DNA of 64,000 nt, taken from the IMG/VR virus record IMGVR_UViG_2541047913_000007; one strand, written 5' to 3'. The number at the start of each line of letters is the position of its first letter. Positions within the stretch are counted from its first letter, which is position 1. This DNA comes from a virus (lineage: Duplodnaviria; Heunggongvirae; Uroviricota; Caudoviricetes). Under the pieces are notes generated by a model, which was not told the DNA's origin, made no database searches, and saw only the letters and a program-made list of their open reading frames with translations. Made by a program: the position numbers and the translations under genes. This document shows, piece after piece, positions 19,341-30,358 of the stretch.

Positions 19341-19967
19341 TCAGTCATACATTGATGAATTAATGACCAACACTTTATCTATATACGGCTTCCGAATATC
19401 CCATGTTGCACGACCGGAATAATGCTCACAGGAATATATTTTATTTCCTGTAGCACCAGTAGATGTGGTGTAAATCGGTCGGTCATAAGGTGTTCGTTTC
19501 CAGTTATAATATCCAACCAGTGCAGGCATAATTGCGCATGGATATCCAAGATCCTTCTCAAACTTGATATCAACTGGTATTAACTTCGCGTCAAGCAGCA
19601 TCATTTCGCCATGGTAAATCATCTCACCCGACGGGTTATACATGGCGATACCATACTCAGAAGGTTGAGTAACCATATTCGCAAAAGCATAAACAGTCGT
19701 AACACCGGGATTCGTTCCCCTGACAATTTGATGAAGCCTTAAGGCATGATATCCATCAATCTGTTCATGCGTGTACATGACATCGGCCTTCTTCTCTGTT
19801 CTGATAAAGAAAAAACAACTTTTTCCTGACGGAATTGACGTTTTAAAAAAAGCCTTCTCAGTCGCCGGAATAGTTCCCTTATTGATCAGACACTGAGGCG
19901 TAAACCCCGGGCTTATCCACAAGCTGCCATCTGGTTTCGTAATGCTTAAACCATACATACAACTCAC
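19341..19967 (-). CDS. Hypothetical protein in AT-rich moron
   Basis: 208-aa ORF in markedly AT-rich segment; overlaps upstream ORF by 4 bp. Confidence 0.45.
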   Translation of the reverse strand: MSCMYGLSITKPDGSLWISPGFTPQCLINKGTIPATEKAFFKTSIPSGKSCFFFIRTEKKADVMYTHEQIDGYHALRLHQIVRGTNPGVTTVYAFANMVTQPSEYGIAMYNPSGEMIYHGEMMLLDAKLIPVDIKFEKDLGYPCAIMPALVGYYNWKRTPYDRPIYTTSTGATGNKIYSCEHYSGRATWDIRKPYIDKVLVINSSMYD

Positions 19968-20242
19968 CCCCAGAATGTATAAATATATGACCCCATCCCC
20001 TGCTCAAGATTTGACCACGTCACCGTATTGCCATTAATGGTTATCTTCGGTACTTTCCGGTCCTTAAATACATTATTCCACGGAAATAATGAACAGACTG
20101 CCTGCAATGTTTTCCCTTCTGGTTTATTCGTATACGTTTTTGATCCCGACTCCGCCGTAAACCTGTCCAGGAAAAATATGGGAGTAAGCACGCCCGTAAC
20201 ATTAACGTTATTTCTGTTATAAATGGCAAAACCGTATTCCAA
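19964..20242 (-). CDS. Hypothetical protein in AT-rich moron
   Basis: 92-aa ORF co-oriented and overlapping with 19341-19967. Confidence 0.4.
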   Translation of the reverse strand: MEYGFAIYNRNNVNVTGVLTPIFFLDRFTAESGSKTYTNKPEGKTLQAVCSLFPWNNVFKDRKVPKITINGNTVTWSNLEQGMGSYIYTFWG

Positions 20243-20256
20243 TACTCACCTCCTGA

Positions 20257-21525
20257 TCAGCGTAATCTGCCTATGCGAACAGCCAGTCGTCCATTCTGAT
20301 CATAAACCTCAATTTTATCATTGCGGATCACCAGTCCTACATTCTGATTAGAGTAACGAATTGTCAGTTGCCCTTGTGACGTAACACTGAAAAGGCCTCC
20401 AATATTCAGGTTACCCTGAGAATCAACCTGAAAGTTTCCGTTCTGAATAACGGCACTCCGGATAACTGGCGAAGTGATACTTACCCCGGCTTTTACCTCA
20501 TCCGCCACAACCTTCCGCGACACCAGTGTTTCAATCACCGCGTCATAAATCATCGCTTTGGGGATGACAACTTTTCCACCAGAGACCGCAAACGGATAGG
20601 CGGTGTTATCCGGATTATTCGGGTCAAAGACAAACAGCTGTGACGCAGAAATTGCAACCTGACTTACAGGCCTGCCTTCACTGTCTTTTCCGGCGACAAT
20701 CCCGATCCCCGCAGTGATGCCATCAACTCCCGCTTTTTTTGACCACATCGCAAGGAAGGCCTCACCGCCTTCTTTATCCAGTTTAGTGATGCGCTCATTT
20801 ACCTTATTAAGCTCTTCACTGGTTGACTTATTCATCCCCGTAATACGGGTATCAATACCACCGATAGTTTTCAGTGTTTCTTCCCTGAGATTACCCACAA
20901 CTTCCGTCGTCTCGATTGCCGCGTCCTTTACTGCCTGCCCCTGAGCATTCTTTATTTCCTTACGCAGCTCTTCCACCACCGGTGACTTTGCAGCCTCCTC
21001 CTTGATCTGGTCAATAATGGCCTGAACGCTTATCTGGGTTTGTGCGGGAGTGCCTTTTACCGCGTTCCATGGCCCTTTCACTCCCGCTGCATTAACAAAG
21101 CGTATCCAGTAGAATCCCGACCAGCCCGGATCAACCGGATCACCGTAAACCTGCCCCGGCGTCGTGGCAACCAGCACGGCATCAGCAAGGTCATCCTCCG
21201 TACCCCGCCAGATTTCAGTCAGTGAATGACCGCGATAATTCGGCATATCCCATTCAAGCAGTACCGAGCCAAATCCCCCTGTCGCCTTAAAATTCTGAGG
21301 TTTCGATGGGAAATCAACGACCATTACAGAGCTGTCCATCTCAATCCCCGGATTAAGGGCATATGCGGCACCACCTGAAGTCCGGCGACGGGCCAGCTTC
21401 AGACCGACCAGTTCTTCACGGGTTACAAAAGCATGACGACCATCGCCACGTTGTCCTGTCCCTATCTCCATATTTTCCACAACCGCAGATAAATCCTTTC
21501 CTGCGCGCCACGGTTTTTTTGTCAT
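20257..21525 (-). CDS. Tail / host-specificity protein with fibronectin type III-like region
   Basis: 422 aa with FN3-like segment (GFGSVLLEWDMPNYRGH...), placed among tail genes. Confidence 0.55.
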   Translation of the reverse strand: MTKKPWRAGKDLSAVVENMEIGTGQRGDGRHAFVTREELVGLKLARRRTSGGAAYALNPGIEMDSSVMVVDFPSKPQNFKATGGFGSVLLEWDMPNYRGHSLTEIWRGTEDDLADAVLVATTPGQVYGDPVDPGWSGFYWIRFVNAAGVKGPWNAVKGTPAQTQISVQAIIDQIKEEAAKSPVVEELRKEIKNAQGQAVKDAAIETTEVVGNLREETLKTIGGIDTRITGMNKSTSEELNKVNERITKLDKEGGEAFLAMWSKKAGVDGITAGIGIVAGKDSEGRPVSQVAISASQLFVFDPNNPDNTAYPFAVSGGKVVIPKAMIYDAVIETLVSRKVVADEVKAGVSITSPVIRSAVIQNGNFQVDSQGNLNIGGLFSVTSQGQLTIRYSNQNVGLVIRNDKIEVYDQNGRLAVRIGRLR

Positions 21526-23225
21526 ACCGGCAGCTCCGACATCGATGTACTGAGTGTAATACGTTCAACCTGACCAAAACCGGAAACCAGTATCTGCCAG
21601 TTTTGCCCGGTTGCAGCAGGTAATCTCACAACGCTTCCCGAAAAGCTTCCAGGTGCAAGGTGAATCACCGGAACATCATCTGCCAGCACAGTAATTCCCA
21701 CCCGCTCTGGCGTCGGAGACTTCACCCTGAGACAGGAGAAAGAGGTTCTTTCCGGAAGGGAAAATACCTTTGAATGCCATCTGATTGTCGACGGCAAACT
21801 CCCTCCGGCGATCGCAGACATGTTTTGTCCTGATACCACCCGCATAACATCGTTAACCAGGTCAACACATGCGCAGTCAAAAGGTGTACTGAGGTAGCGG
21901 ATATCCATACCTGCCGGGTTGAAGACAAACACATCCTGCTTACCATCCGGTTTCGTGTAACAGGCAATGTATTCACCACGCCAGGGATAAGCCACAATGG
22001 AGGCCGGATTAAACTGACTCTGCCACTGTTCCGGCGAAATAATCTGCTCCGTCGCCAGAGCGGCATTACCGTTTGCATCAACAGACACCAGGCCATTTGT
22101 TCCTGCATACAGCACAAAGCCCTCCATCGCGACCATACTCCGCCTGCTCAGACACGCCTGCATTGAAGGAATTCTGGAGCCAGAAATTGTGGAAGGCGAT
22201 ACACCACTGAACAGATAAGGCTCACCCTTTGTCGCCACCACCAGTGATGTTCCGAGCGGACAGATAGCCACAATATCTTCTGCCGTCGTGTGACGATTCA
22301 CTTCCGGCCATGCATACGGCAGATACGCTTCCGAAAACATCACTTCATTACCGGCAAATCCGGCGGCAATACCATTCGCCATCAGGCAAAGGCCTGTCAT
22401 ATTCTCCGGCGGCGGCAGGTAATCCCATGTCGCCAGCGAAGGTCCAAGATTTTTCGCCGGTATTTTATCCGTGTAACTGAGCACGGATGCATCCAGTTCA
22501 GCCACGAGTAAAAAATCGGCTTCTCCTCCCCCTGAGGCAGAACGATAAATACGACGACGTTTAATACTGGCATTCTGCAATGGCACCGGAGCCAGCGTCA
22601 GTTGTACCGCAGTTCCCGGAGTACGGAGTGTTACCTCCAGAGACGCCGGACCTGGCGGACCTTCTTCACCATAATCTGAGACAAAGGTTTCCGTATAAAA
22701 CCGGGTTTCATCATCATTCGGGTTATCGTCAGAAACATCACCGCCCTGCTGGACAGTACAGACAGGAGCTGTCGTCGGCGCGGGGATCCCAAGACGATAC
22801 GATGATGTCGGGTGATTCCCGTCCCCTTTTGTGGCAATGGTCGCATCCGTCACTTTAGGAAAACGCCCGTCAGTGTAGTAAATACGCCCGTGGGGGTCCT
22901 GAGCGATCGGACTGCGGATCACATCCACCACATCCGGCCATGCAAACCAGAAATCGTCACGGTAATGAAAAATTGTTTTTGGCTTAATTGTGAATGTTTT
23001 CTCAACCCCGGATATCTGACGTTCTGGTGTAATAACACCAAACCGGAAATGGCAGTCCTCCGCCAGTACAGCGGAATGCTCGGGCAGCATGGATGTCACA
23101 ACGCGCGGCATCATCCCACGCATCGTGGTGATATCGATATAGGGCATAGAAATTCCTTTGACTGCTTCAGGCTTAAAAATCAGGGGATTTATGATGGAAT
23201 TCGCTAAAATCGCGATCGGTATCAC
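21522..23225 (-). CDS. Tail protein (start may be internal Met at about 23147)
   Basis: 567-aa ORF overlapping next gene by 4 bp. Confidence 0.5.
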   Translation of the reverse strand: MIPIAILANSIINPLIFKPEAVKGISMPYIDITTMRGMMPRVVTSMLPEHSAVLAEDCHFRFGVITPERQISGVEKTFTIKPKTIFHYRDDFWFAWPDVVDVIRSPIAQDPHGRIYYTDGRFPKVTDATIATKGDGNHPTSSYRLGIPAPTTAPVCTVQQGGDVSDDNPNDDETRFYTETFVSDYGEEGPPGPASLEVTLRTPGTAVQLTLAPVPLQNASIKRRRIYRSASGGGEADFLLVAELDASVLSYTDKIPAKNLGPSLATWDYLPPPENMTGLCLMANGIAAGFAGNEVMFSEAYLPYAWPEVNRHTTAEDIVAICPLGTSLVVATKGEPYLFSGVSPSTISGSRIPSMQACLSRRSMVAMEGFVLYAGTNGLVSVDANGNAALATEQIISPEQWQSQFNPASIVAYPWRGEYIACYTKPDGKQDVFVFNPAGMDIRYLSTPFDCACVDLVNDVMRVVSGQNMSAIAGGSLPSTIRWHSKVFSLPERTSFSCLRVKSPTPERVGITVLADDVPVIHLAPGSFSGSVVRLPAATGQNWQILVSGFGQVERITLSTSMSELPV

Positions 23226-23509
23226 TGCAACAGAGTGTTGCTATGATATTCTGGACAAGACGTAACAACTCACTAATTGTTATCAAACGTCTTTCTTCTG
23301 GTCGGGGAGCATGTTGCTCCCCTTTTTTTACTGCATTACCACCGCAGCTGTAGCAACAAGAGCCAGCACACCACCAAGCCACACAAACAGCATGAAGCAC
23401 ATTGCGCCTGTGGTGTAACGTTTTCTTCCGATTGTCCGGCATCTCTCTTTATTCATCATCTGCACCTTCTGAACTATCAGAAGATTCTGCGCATCCGGCA
23501 GGACCGCCA

Positions 23510-23980
23510 TCAGGCACCAACAAGCCGTCTGACGCTCACACCATACAGCCCGTTTTTCGCCATTCCCGTATACAGAAAGGTATTCACCGTCTTCGTGTGG
23601 ATACCCATTTCACTGGCAAGGCGACAGGGTCTCGACTGGCGGTAGACATAACCGAACATCACCACCATCTCTGACATCGTCAGCGGGCGGGCAGCACTGT
23701 TATACGTCCACACACCATCGTGTATGGCATCACTTATCTGCTCACCATCACGGAGCAACTCCGCATCCAGTTGCAGAAAATGACGCCCCTGGAACATACA
23801 CCGCATCAGCCTGCCCAGCAGGCCATCACTGATTATCAGCCAGGATTCGTCAAAGTCCGGGATATAACGGCGGTTCTCCGGCATGAAAAACTCCCTCGCC
23901 AGTATCACACTGTGTTCCTTCAGTAACGCCTGCAGACCGTACTCCAGATAGCGATTCCTGGTAGCCAGAATCACCTTCAT
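23510..23980 (-). CDS. LuxR/GerE-type HTH transcriptional regulator
   Basis: C-terminal LTMSEMVVMFGYVYRQSRPCRLASEMGIHTKTVNTFLYTGMAKNGL fits LuxR-family HTH; start taken at MKVILATRN. Confidence 0.45.
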   Translation of the reverse strand: MKVILATRNRYLEYGLQALLKEHSVILAREFFMPENRRYIPDFDESWLIISDGLLGRLMRCMFQGRHFLQLDAELLRDGEQISDAIHDGVWTYNSAARPLTMSEMVVMFGYVYRQSRPCRLASEMGIHTKTVNTFLYTGMAKNGLYGVSVRRLVGA

Positions 23981-24068
23981 CGCAGCACCTTCCTGTTTTT
24001 TATGCCCCATGAAAAACGGCAGACCAGAGTCCTGCGCCTGCCGTCATACTTCATGTCACCTTCAGCAA

Positions 24069-25184
24069 TTAAAACTCGAAGTTCACACCTACGTTGTAGG
24101 AAACATCACCGTCGCTGGCCGCAATACCTGCTTTGGCTGCGGTCTGCTCGTTGAAGCGGTAACCCACACCAACAGCCACAGCCTGTTTGTCACTGTAACC
24201 ACCCAGGGCTGCCGTGGCGTTGAATTTACCCACACTGTACGGCTGGAACAGACCGGACAGCGCCGCACTCTGTGCTGCCGCACGTTTCATTTCTTCGTGG
24301 TTTTCACGAATCTGGCGCTGCTGGCTGTTCAGGCGTGCGTTATGCTCCTGCAGCTGGCGGGAGTGATTCTGGATAGCCTGGGTGTTACTGCGGGTTCTGT
24401 TGTCGAGGCTGACAACAGCATCATTCACACGAACGTTGCCCGGTGCGCTCTGGTCAAGTGTATAGCTGCCATCTTTATTCTGATAAATTGTTGTATCTGC
24501 CTGAATGGCTGCAACTACATTTTTTACAGACTCTCGCTCCACTGAGCCTGTTTCATCAAGGGTAATGTTACCGTTAGCATCGATAGCAAAAGTGGTGTCT
24601 TTATTCAGTTGGTCGATATTTCCGGAAATACGTGCATATTCCTTAGTTACATCAGGATCAATTTTAGCTAAAGCAGCCACAGTCTGCGCATCCCCACCAC
24701 TATTTATTGCAGAAAGGTATGCATCTTTTGTTTCTAAAGAAACACTAGATTTAACTTTATCAACTAAAGACTTAACTCTTAATATATCATTTTCTTGAAG
24801 AGATGCGGAGGTTAAACTATCTAACTTAAGAGTCGGTGAATATACAGGGTATGATATTTTCTCCGATAAGTATTGGACAACCATATTCAATTCTTCTTTA
24901 TTCGCTTTAGGATAAGCCTGTTTATATTTCTCGAGGCCCTTTTCCATGAACGCTTTATCCTTATCATTGTACACATAAGAACTTCCTGTTGTTGTATCAA
25001 TTAAACTTATTACTTGACCATTTTTGTCAGAAATTGTTGCTTGCTCACCATTTTCTCCAAAAAATTTAATTGTATACTTTCCTACAACTCTGTCGGTAGG
25101 TTTTGCAGACAACGAACTAAAACTAACAAACATCAATCCGGCAACAGCAGAAGAAAGAATAGTCTTTGTAAATTTCTTGCTCAT
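24069..25184 (-). CDS. eib: Eib-type immunoglobulin-binding trimeric autotransporter adhesin (YadA-like anchor)
   Basis: 371 aa with signal peptide, coiled-coil stalk and C-terminal anchor ending ...[12 protein letters not shown]-rich; in a prophage that also carries ibrAB. Confidence 0.8.
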   Translation of the reverse strand: MSKKFTKTILSSAVAGLMFVSFSSLSAKPTDRVVGKYTIKFFGENGEQATISDKNGQVISLIDTTTGSSYVYNDKDKAFMEKGLEKYKQAYPKANKEELNMVVQYLSEKISYPVYSPTLKLDSLTSASLQENDILRVKSLVDKVKSSVSLETKDAYLSAINSGGDAQTVAALAKIDPDVTKEYARISGNIDQLNKDTTFAIDANGNITLDETGSVERESVKNVVAAIQADTTIYQNKDGSYTLDQSAPGNVRVNDAVVSLDNRTRSNTQAIQNHSRQLQEHNARLNSQQRQIRENHEEMKRAAAQSAALSGLFQPYSVGKFNATAALGGYSDKQAVAVGVGYRFNEQTAAKAGIAASDGDVSYNVGVNFEF

Positions 25185-25666
25185 GTGGTATACCCTATAA
25201 AATTATCTGTATACAAATAAAACAGTTCAACATCGGATATATAAAGAAAATCTGATGTCTCGCCGCTCTCATGAGCTTACTCCTGAAGAAATTCCGAATT
25301 TTAATATGAAGTTTTTCGGAATTTCCTTACTATAACGTCGGTGATATCACGTTCGCGAAGGGATATCCGCATTACGACTGGCCTGCCACTTATGCTGTCT
25401 CTTTATTCATCAACAATTTGTATACGGTTACATCTTTAATTGTGAAGTTAGTCACAAAAAGAAGAAAGTCAAATAATCAAATTGTGCTTAACTGTTTACA
25501 TCAGCACAATCTGATGACCATTGAATGACCATTGAAGGACGCACTAAATTATTTTCAGCAATCCCTCAGCCTACGAAAATTCTGTATCCCCTGAATGTTT
25601 AATTTACACTCTTTTTATGCAATTATTCTTTCGACTATAAAAACACCACTATCTCATGTATGACCT

Positions 25667-25693
25667 TGGGGAGCGTGCCGTCTCCCCGTTTTT
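25667..25693 (+). terminator. Intrinsic terminator-like hairpin (plus strand)
   Basis: GGGGAGCGTGCCGTCTCCCC + TTTTTT. Confidence 0.55.
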
Positions 25694-25837
25694 TCGCTTA
25701 CAGTTTCATGACGACTTTCAGTTTCAGGAATCAGCAGTTACCATGCAATACGAAAATTCTGTATTGCATCCGCGCCCTCATCTCAATATCTTTGTCGCCG
25801 GATAAAAATAACTATCAACCACAAGTATCATGCTCTC

Positions 25838-25864
25838 GGGGAGCACGCACTCCCCAGTTTTTTA
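25838..25864 (+). terminator. Intrinsic terminator-like hairpin (plus strand)
   Basis: GGGGAGCACGCACTCCCC + TTTTTT. Confidence 0.55.
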
Positions 25865-25967
25865 TCTTTGACAGGGGTGAAGGAGGCCGTTGCATCTCCT
25901 TTAATTATCATTGCCAGATTATTTCCTCGACCTGAGTATTCTTTATTTAGCCATAGCTTTGTAGCAA

Positions 25968-25992
25968 GGGGCTGGAGCGCCCCTCTTTTTTT
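25968..25992 (+). terminator. Intrinsic terminator-like hairpin (plus strand)
   Basis: GGGGCTGGAGCGCCCC + TCTTTTTTT. Confidence 0.55.
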
Positions 25993-26570
25993 CACCTGTC
26001 AGCCATGCCGACCTTATACGCCAGTATAGCTTCCGCATCATCCAGCGCTTCAATCTCTTTTTTCATCGTGCGCTGTCTGACATGAATTTCCAGACCTTTG
26101 GTAAACATCGCCTGCTCTGCAGCAGCACTCAGAGCAATCAGTGTTTCAGCGTCCATCGGTACGTCATTATTGTCCGCATCCGTCCAGAAAAACGCCTCCG
26201 GCAGTTTCCCCGCTTTCGCTGCCGCCACCGACGGCTCAAGACGCGCCTGCGTTGACTTCCCGTAGTCCCATTTACGCCCATTGTGCTCAAACGTGTAGTT
26301 CGCCGCTTCCATCGCATTACGCCAGGCGTTGATCCCGGCGGTTTTGAGTTCTCTGGCTTTTTCCGGGCTGATGGATGGCTGTACATATTCTGCAATTTCA
26401 CCGGCCTCTCCTCTCAGACAAGCGGCATAAATATCCCGCCCGTATGCTTCGGTATCGCTGGCTGTTGCAGTGAAAGGAACCGCCTGCTCAATGTGCTCAA
26501 ACTTCACCATGCAATTGACAGCAGTGTGATCTTTATCTGCCCATTGCGGATTGCTTATTTTTTTCCACAT
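25992..26570 (-). CDS. Tail fiber assembly-like protein
   Basis: 192 aa immediately downstream of the fibre gene; position and size typical of Tfa chaperones. Confidence 0.45.
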   Translation of the reverse strand: MWKKISNPQWADKDHTAVNCMVKFEHIEQAVPFTATASDTEAYGRDIYAACLRGEAGEIAEYVQPSISPEKARELKTAGINAWRNAMEAANYTFEHNGRKWDYGKSTQARLEPSVAAAKAGKLPEAFFWTDADNNDVPMDAETLIALSAAAEQAMFTKGLEIHVRQRTMKKEIEALDDAEAILAYKVGMADR

Positions 26571-26589
26571 TCATGTCATCTCCTGTCTG

Positions 26590-28653
26590 TCAGTATGCGC
26601 GCTGGAACAGCCCGATGCCTTCATTGTCATTTGTCGACGTAATTTCATTACACACCATCCATGAGCCCGGAACTGAGGATAGGTTGCCGTCAATGCCATC
26701 GGTGTTAGCTTTCATATAGTTCCCGCTTGCATCTTTGATTATGGCGCATCGCTTAAGGCGTGAACCCTGTACAGTTTCTCCTGGCTGATAGGTTCTGCCG
26801 ATGTCGGTTGTATACGGGGCTAGTGCGGCAATAATGTATGTTCCGATGCTGTAAATTTCCCCGGGTACCAGCCTTCCGGTTGGCCCTTGTGGTCCCTGTG
26901 GTCCGGTTTTACCATCCAACCCGGGCAGTCCCATCGGCCCTCGCCCTCCGGCAGGGCCCTGTGGCCCCGTTTTACCCGCAGGACCTGCCGGACCAACCGG
27001 CCCCGGAACACCCTGTGCCCCCGCTGGTCCCCTTTCACCTCGTGGCCCTGCCGGGCCTGCATCACCTTTGGGACCAGCTGCACCAGTCGGTCCCTGTGGG
27101 CCTGCGGGCCCCACTGCTCCCGCAGGTCCTGTCGCCCCCTGCAGCCCACGGAGGCCCTGCTCACCTTTCTGTCCTGCAGGCCCCTGAGGTCCGGGTTCAC
27201 CGCGCTCACCTTTCGGACCTGTGGGACCTGCCGGTCCTTGCTCGCCCCTGTCACCTTTCGGTCCAGGTATGCTTTCTCCCGACGGGCGGGTTGTCGCAAC
27301 CTCTTCTGCCTTCTGTTTCGCTGCCCTGGCCTCATCCATTGCCGCCTTCACAGCTTTCGGTGTGGCTGCCTTCGTTTCATCATCACTGTCCGTTGCGCTG
27401 CTTAACTGCACAATTCCCTTCTGTGCCGTCGTCGCATCTGCCACATTTGCTGCGCTGCCCGCCGGGCCTGGCTCCCCACGAGGTCCCTGAGGTCCAGCTT
27501 CGCCTCGTTCACCTTTCGGACCTGCCGGACCCGGTTCACCTCTCTCTCCGGCGGGGCCCTGTAATCCTTGCGGACCACGTTCCCCGGGTTCCCCTTTCGG
27601 CCCCGCAGGTCCGGTCTCACCGCGCTCTCCCTTTGCTCCTGCCGGCCCCGGCTCACCTCTCGGACCAGTATCCCCCTTTGGTCCCTGAGGCCCCCCCGGG
27701 TCTCCTTTTTCGCCTCTGGCCCCGGTTTCACCACGCGGCCCCATTGCTCCCTGTGGCCCGGTCGCACCACGTGGGCCAGATGGCCCTGTTGCGCCAGCTG
27801 GCCCCTGCACTCCCTGAGGTCCCCGTTCTCCTGTATCACCTTTCTGGCCCGGTATGCCCTGAGGTCCGCGCTCTCCCTGCTCACCTTTCTCCCCACGCGG
27901 ACCCGCCGGACCTGTTTCACCACGAGGACCAGCATCACCTTTCGGCCCTGTATCGCCTTTAGGTCCTCGTGCATTCTCAGCCATACGTCTGGCTTCTTCA
28001 GCACTAACTGTAGCAGCCTCAGCACGTTTAAGAACGTCTCCGGCGGCCTCCTGAGCCACTCTGGCGGTTTCAGCATGTCGTCTGGCCTCTTTAGCGTCAG
28101 CTGCCGCTGCCTTTTCAGACTCACCTGCCCGGGTCGCCGCCTCTGCAGCCTCACTGGCTTTTTGTGCAGACTCCGTCGCTTTGCTGGTCGCAGCCTTCGC
28201 GCTTTCTGATGCAGTCTTCGCACTGGCAGCAGCGCTTTCCTTCGACTGTGAAGCCTGATTATTTTTCACCGCCGTGTCTTCGTTCAGACGACGAATCGTG
28301 GCAAGGTCATCCGCCACATTGTTCTGTATCTGCCGGAAATCTGTCAGCAGTTCTCCGGGTATGCTCACCTCAACAAGACTGCGGCGTAACAGCATATTGA
28401 GCGTCACCGTACTTTCAGTCCCCTCAATACGCACACGTCCGTAGACAGCAGTCTTCCCTCTCACCGTCACTGAAACCGCATACTCCCCCGGCTCCATCGT
28501 CATGCCGTAATAGCCTGTTGACGTGGTGACTGCCGACGCGCTGGTGCCACTGAGTGCATCCGGTGAAACAGTCAGCGCCGTCAGCGTAATGTTCGCATCT
28601 GATACAACCTGACCATCAGGCGATTTCAGCGTCCCCGAAACAACAACACTCAC
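26590..28653 (-). CDS. Tail fiber protein with long collagen-like Gly-X-Y repeats
   Basis: 687 aa; several hundred residues of G-x-x triplets ([11 protein letters not shown]...), GC-rich low-complexity DNA that generates spurious overlapping ORFs on both strands. Confidence 0.8.
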   Translation of the reverse strand: MSVVVSGTLKSPDGQVVSDANITLTALTVSPDALSGTSASAVTTSTGYYGMTMEPGEYAVSVTVRGKTAVYGRVRIEGTESTVTLNMLLRRSLVEVSIPGELLTDFRQIQNNVADDLATIRRLNEDTAVKNNQASQSKESAAASAKTASESAKAATSKATESAQKASEAAEAATRAGESEKAAAADAKEARRHAETARVAQEAAGDVLKRAEAATVSAEEARRMAENARGPKGDTGPKGDAGPRGETGPAGPRGEKGEQGERGPQGIPGQKGDTGERGPQGVQGPAGATGPSGPRGATGPQGAMGPRGETGARGEKGDPGGPQGPKGDTGPRGEPGPAGAKGERGETGPAGPKGEPGERGPQGLQGPAGERGEPGPAGPKGERGEAGPQGPRGEPGPAGSAANVADATTAQKGIVQLSSATDSDDETKAATPKAVKAAMDEARAAKQKAEEVATTRPSGESIPGPKGDRGEQGPAGPTGPKGERGEPGPQGPAGQKGEQGLRGLQGATGPAGAVGPAGPQGPTGAAGPKGDAGPAGPRGERGPAGAQGVPGPVGPAGPAGKTGPQGPAGGRGPMGLPGLDGKTGPQGPQGPTGRLVPGEIYSIGTYIIAALAPYTTDIGRTYQPGETVQGSRLKRCAIIKDASGNYMKANTDGIDGNLSSVPGSWMVCNEITSTNDNEGIGLFQRAY

Positions 28654-29300
28654 ATTTCACCTCCGTTAAACACCTTCTTGCGGGCCGACAATGTACTGTC
28701 AGCCCCCTGTTTAATCCCGAGCTGCTCAACAAAACTCTGATAATGTTGTGCTGCCAGTCCTGACTCTGCACCACCGGCAGCATCCTTACTGAATGCGCGG
28801 AACAACATCCAGTCAACCAGCGGGTTAACATAAGCCTCTTCCAGCGGTACAGGCGTGTCATCATCCTGCGTCAGAACATACACCGCCTCCGGAATGCGGC
28901 TGACCACAGCATCAACACTCACAGCCTCCTCCGGTGCCGGAAACAGCCAGAACACGCGCGGGGCAAGGTCACTGCTGATAAAGCATTCCGGTTTCCCCCT
29001 CAGCATGTGCCAGTCGGGATACTGTGCATCAAGCACCTCACGGGATTGCGGTTTTACAGCACTGCCATCGCTGAGGCATATCACGTCAAGAAGCTGTATT
29101 GCGCCATCAGGCAAAGTCTGACGTGCACCAGGAACACAATTCAGCGTCTCCAGACTTGCGCCTGCATCCGGCCTTGCCAGAATCACCGCCCGCACAGCAT
29201 CATTGTAATAATCACACAGCTCAGCCAGAGGCCAGCGCACCATCATCGGGTCAACCAGTTGCGTGTTCACTCGTCCGATGATTTCAGTAATCGTCGTCAT
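28650..29300 (-). CDS. Hypothetical virion/neck protein
   Basis: 216-aa ORF, 4-bp overlap with the fibre gene. Confidence 0.45.
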   Translation of the reverse strand: MTTITEIIGRVNTQLVDPMMVRWPLAELCDYYNDAVRAVILARPDAGASLETLNCVPGARQTLPDGAIQLLDVICLSDGSAVKPQSREVLDAQYPDWHMLRGKPECFISSDLAPRVFWLFPAPEEAVSVDAVVSRIPEAVYVLTQDDDTPVPLEEAYVNPLVDWMLFRAFSKDAAGGAESGLAAQHYQSFVEQLGIKQGADSTLSARKKVFNGGEM

Positions 29301-29863
29301 CAGTAAAACCTTTGTCTGCGGACAGGATTGCGGTATGAGGAGTACGGACTTGTCGCCAGTGTGTCGCGATATGCCCGACGGATACCCTCAGAAAACAGCA
29401 CAGAGAAATACTGTGCGCGCGACGGGTCTGACCATGAAACCCCGGTCTGCATGAACAACCGTTCAAGCGCCCCTGCAGCCACTTCTTCAGACCATGCCCG
29501 CAGTTCATCCTGCACCTGACGGCTCCCTGCTTTCGGAGCAACGGCATAAAGCACACTCACCTCTCCGGGCGAACAGGCAAAATGCATTACCCGCCCCGGG
29601 CGGATTTCCACATCATGACCGGCAAAAAGCTCACGCCCGTCAGCGAGGATACGAATAATATGTACGCACTCTTCATTCTCCGCGTCATATGGCAGCACAC
29701 AGTCCTCTCCGGCTGACGGTGACAGCGTGGCTTCACGGCGGCACAACAGGGACTGACGGCAGAATGCCACTGCCGACATGGATAACGCATCCGTCATCAT
29801 AATGTTCAGCGGACCACTGATATGGCGACGGACATACGGTAAAAAATCAGTCAGTTCCGCCAT
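29300..29863 (-). CDS. Hypothetical virion protein (start taken at internal Met MAELTDF)
   Basis: ORF packed in structural array. Confidence 0.4.
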   Translation of the reverse strand: MAELTDFLPYVRRHISGPLNIMMTDALSMSAVAFCRQSLLCRREATLSPSAGEDCVLPYDAENEECVHIIRILADGRELFAGHDVEIRPGRVMHFACSPGEVSVLYAVAPKAGSRQVQDELRAWSEEVAAGALERLFMQTGVSWSDPSRAQYFSVLFSEGIRRAYRDTLATSPYSSYRNPVRRQRFY

Positions 29864-30308
29864 GCTGTTCAGTCTCCGCAACACGACGGCGAAATGCCTC
29901 ACGCACACGGACACGAAATGCATCAGCCGTTTCTTTCGGGTCTTTGTGAATATTCAGCTCTTCTGCCTCACACAACGTTGCCAGCCGTGCGGACGTGAGT
30001 TTGCTCAAATCCACATCCTGACCACCAACGCTAACCACAAAACAGTTCTCCGCTTCTGCAAGAGCAACCTGTTCTCTTTCCTGCGCCTGCTGTGCCTGCC
30101 GCAACTGCTCATCCTGTTGTTGCTTTTTGAGCACACCATCAAGCTCTTCATGACGAACCCAGACATCCGGAAAGGCCAGCAACTGCCAGGCAAGCGCGCT
30201 GTCAACATGCACCGGCTCAAGACGCGGGAACAGTGTACGACTCCCGGTAAGGGTATCCTTTTTCACGGGTTTGGGGCCGATATAGACAACGGCAATTTTC
30301 TCGCTCAT
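29847..30308 (-). CDS. Hypothetical virion protein
   Basis: 153-aa ORF in array. Confidence 0.4.
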   Translation of the reverse strand: MSEKIAVVYIGPKPVKKDTLTGSRTLFPRLEPVHVDSALAWQLLAFPDVWVRHEELDGVLKKQQQDEQLRQAQQAQEREQVALAEAENCFVVSVGGQDVDLSKLTSARLATLCEAEELNIHKDPKETADAFRVRVREAFRRRVAETEQHGGTD

Positions 30309-30358
30309 ATAATTCCCCGGATAAAAAAGCCCGCATGACGCGGGCCGGAAGGTTTATA

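Larger units (their letters stand above)
25572..25864. repeat. Tandem ~172-bp repeat units upstream of eib, each with ACGAAAATTCTGTAT and a terminal hairpin+T-run
   Basis: ACGAAAATTCTGTAT at 25572 and 25745; hairpins at 25667-25686 and 25838-25855. Confidence 0.6.

Noticed and set aside
25660-25935. Plus-strand ORF of 91 aa in the eib upstream region
   Set aside because: Runs through two hairpin terminators and the tandem repeat units; more likely non-coding regulatory or sRNA sequence.
26820-28400. Long overlapping ORFs on both strands across the tail-fibre gene (26838-27962 plus strand 374 aa, 27402-28223, 27568-28209, 26887-27405)
   Set aside because: Generated by the Gly-X-Y collagen-like repeat (GC-rich, stop-poor in all frames); translations are low-complexity Pro/Arg/Leu strings.
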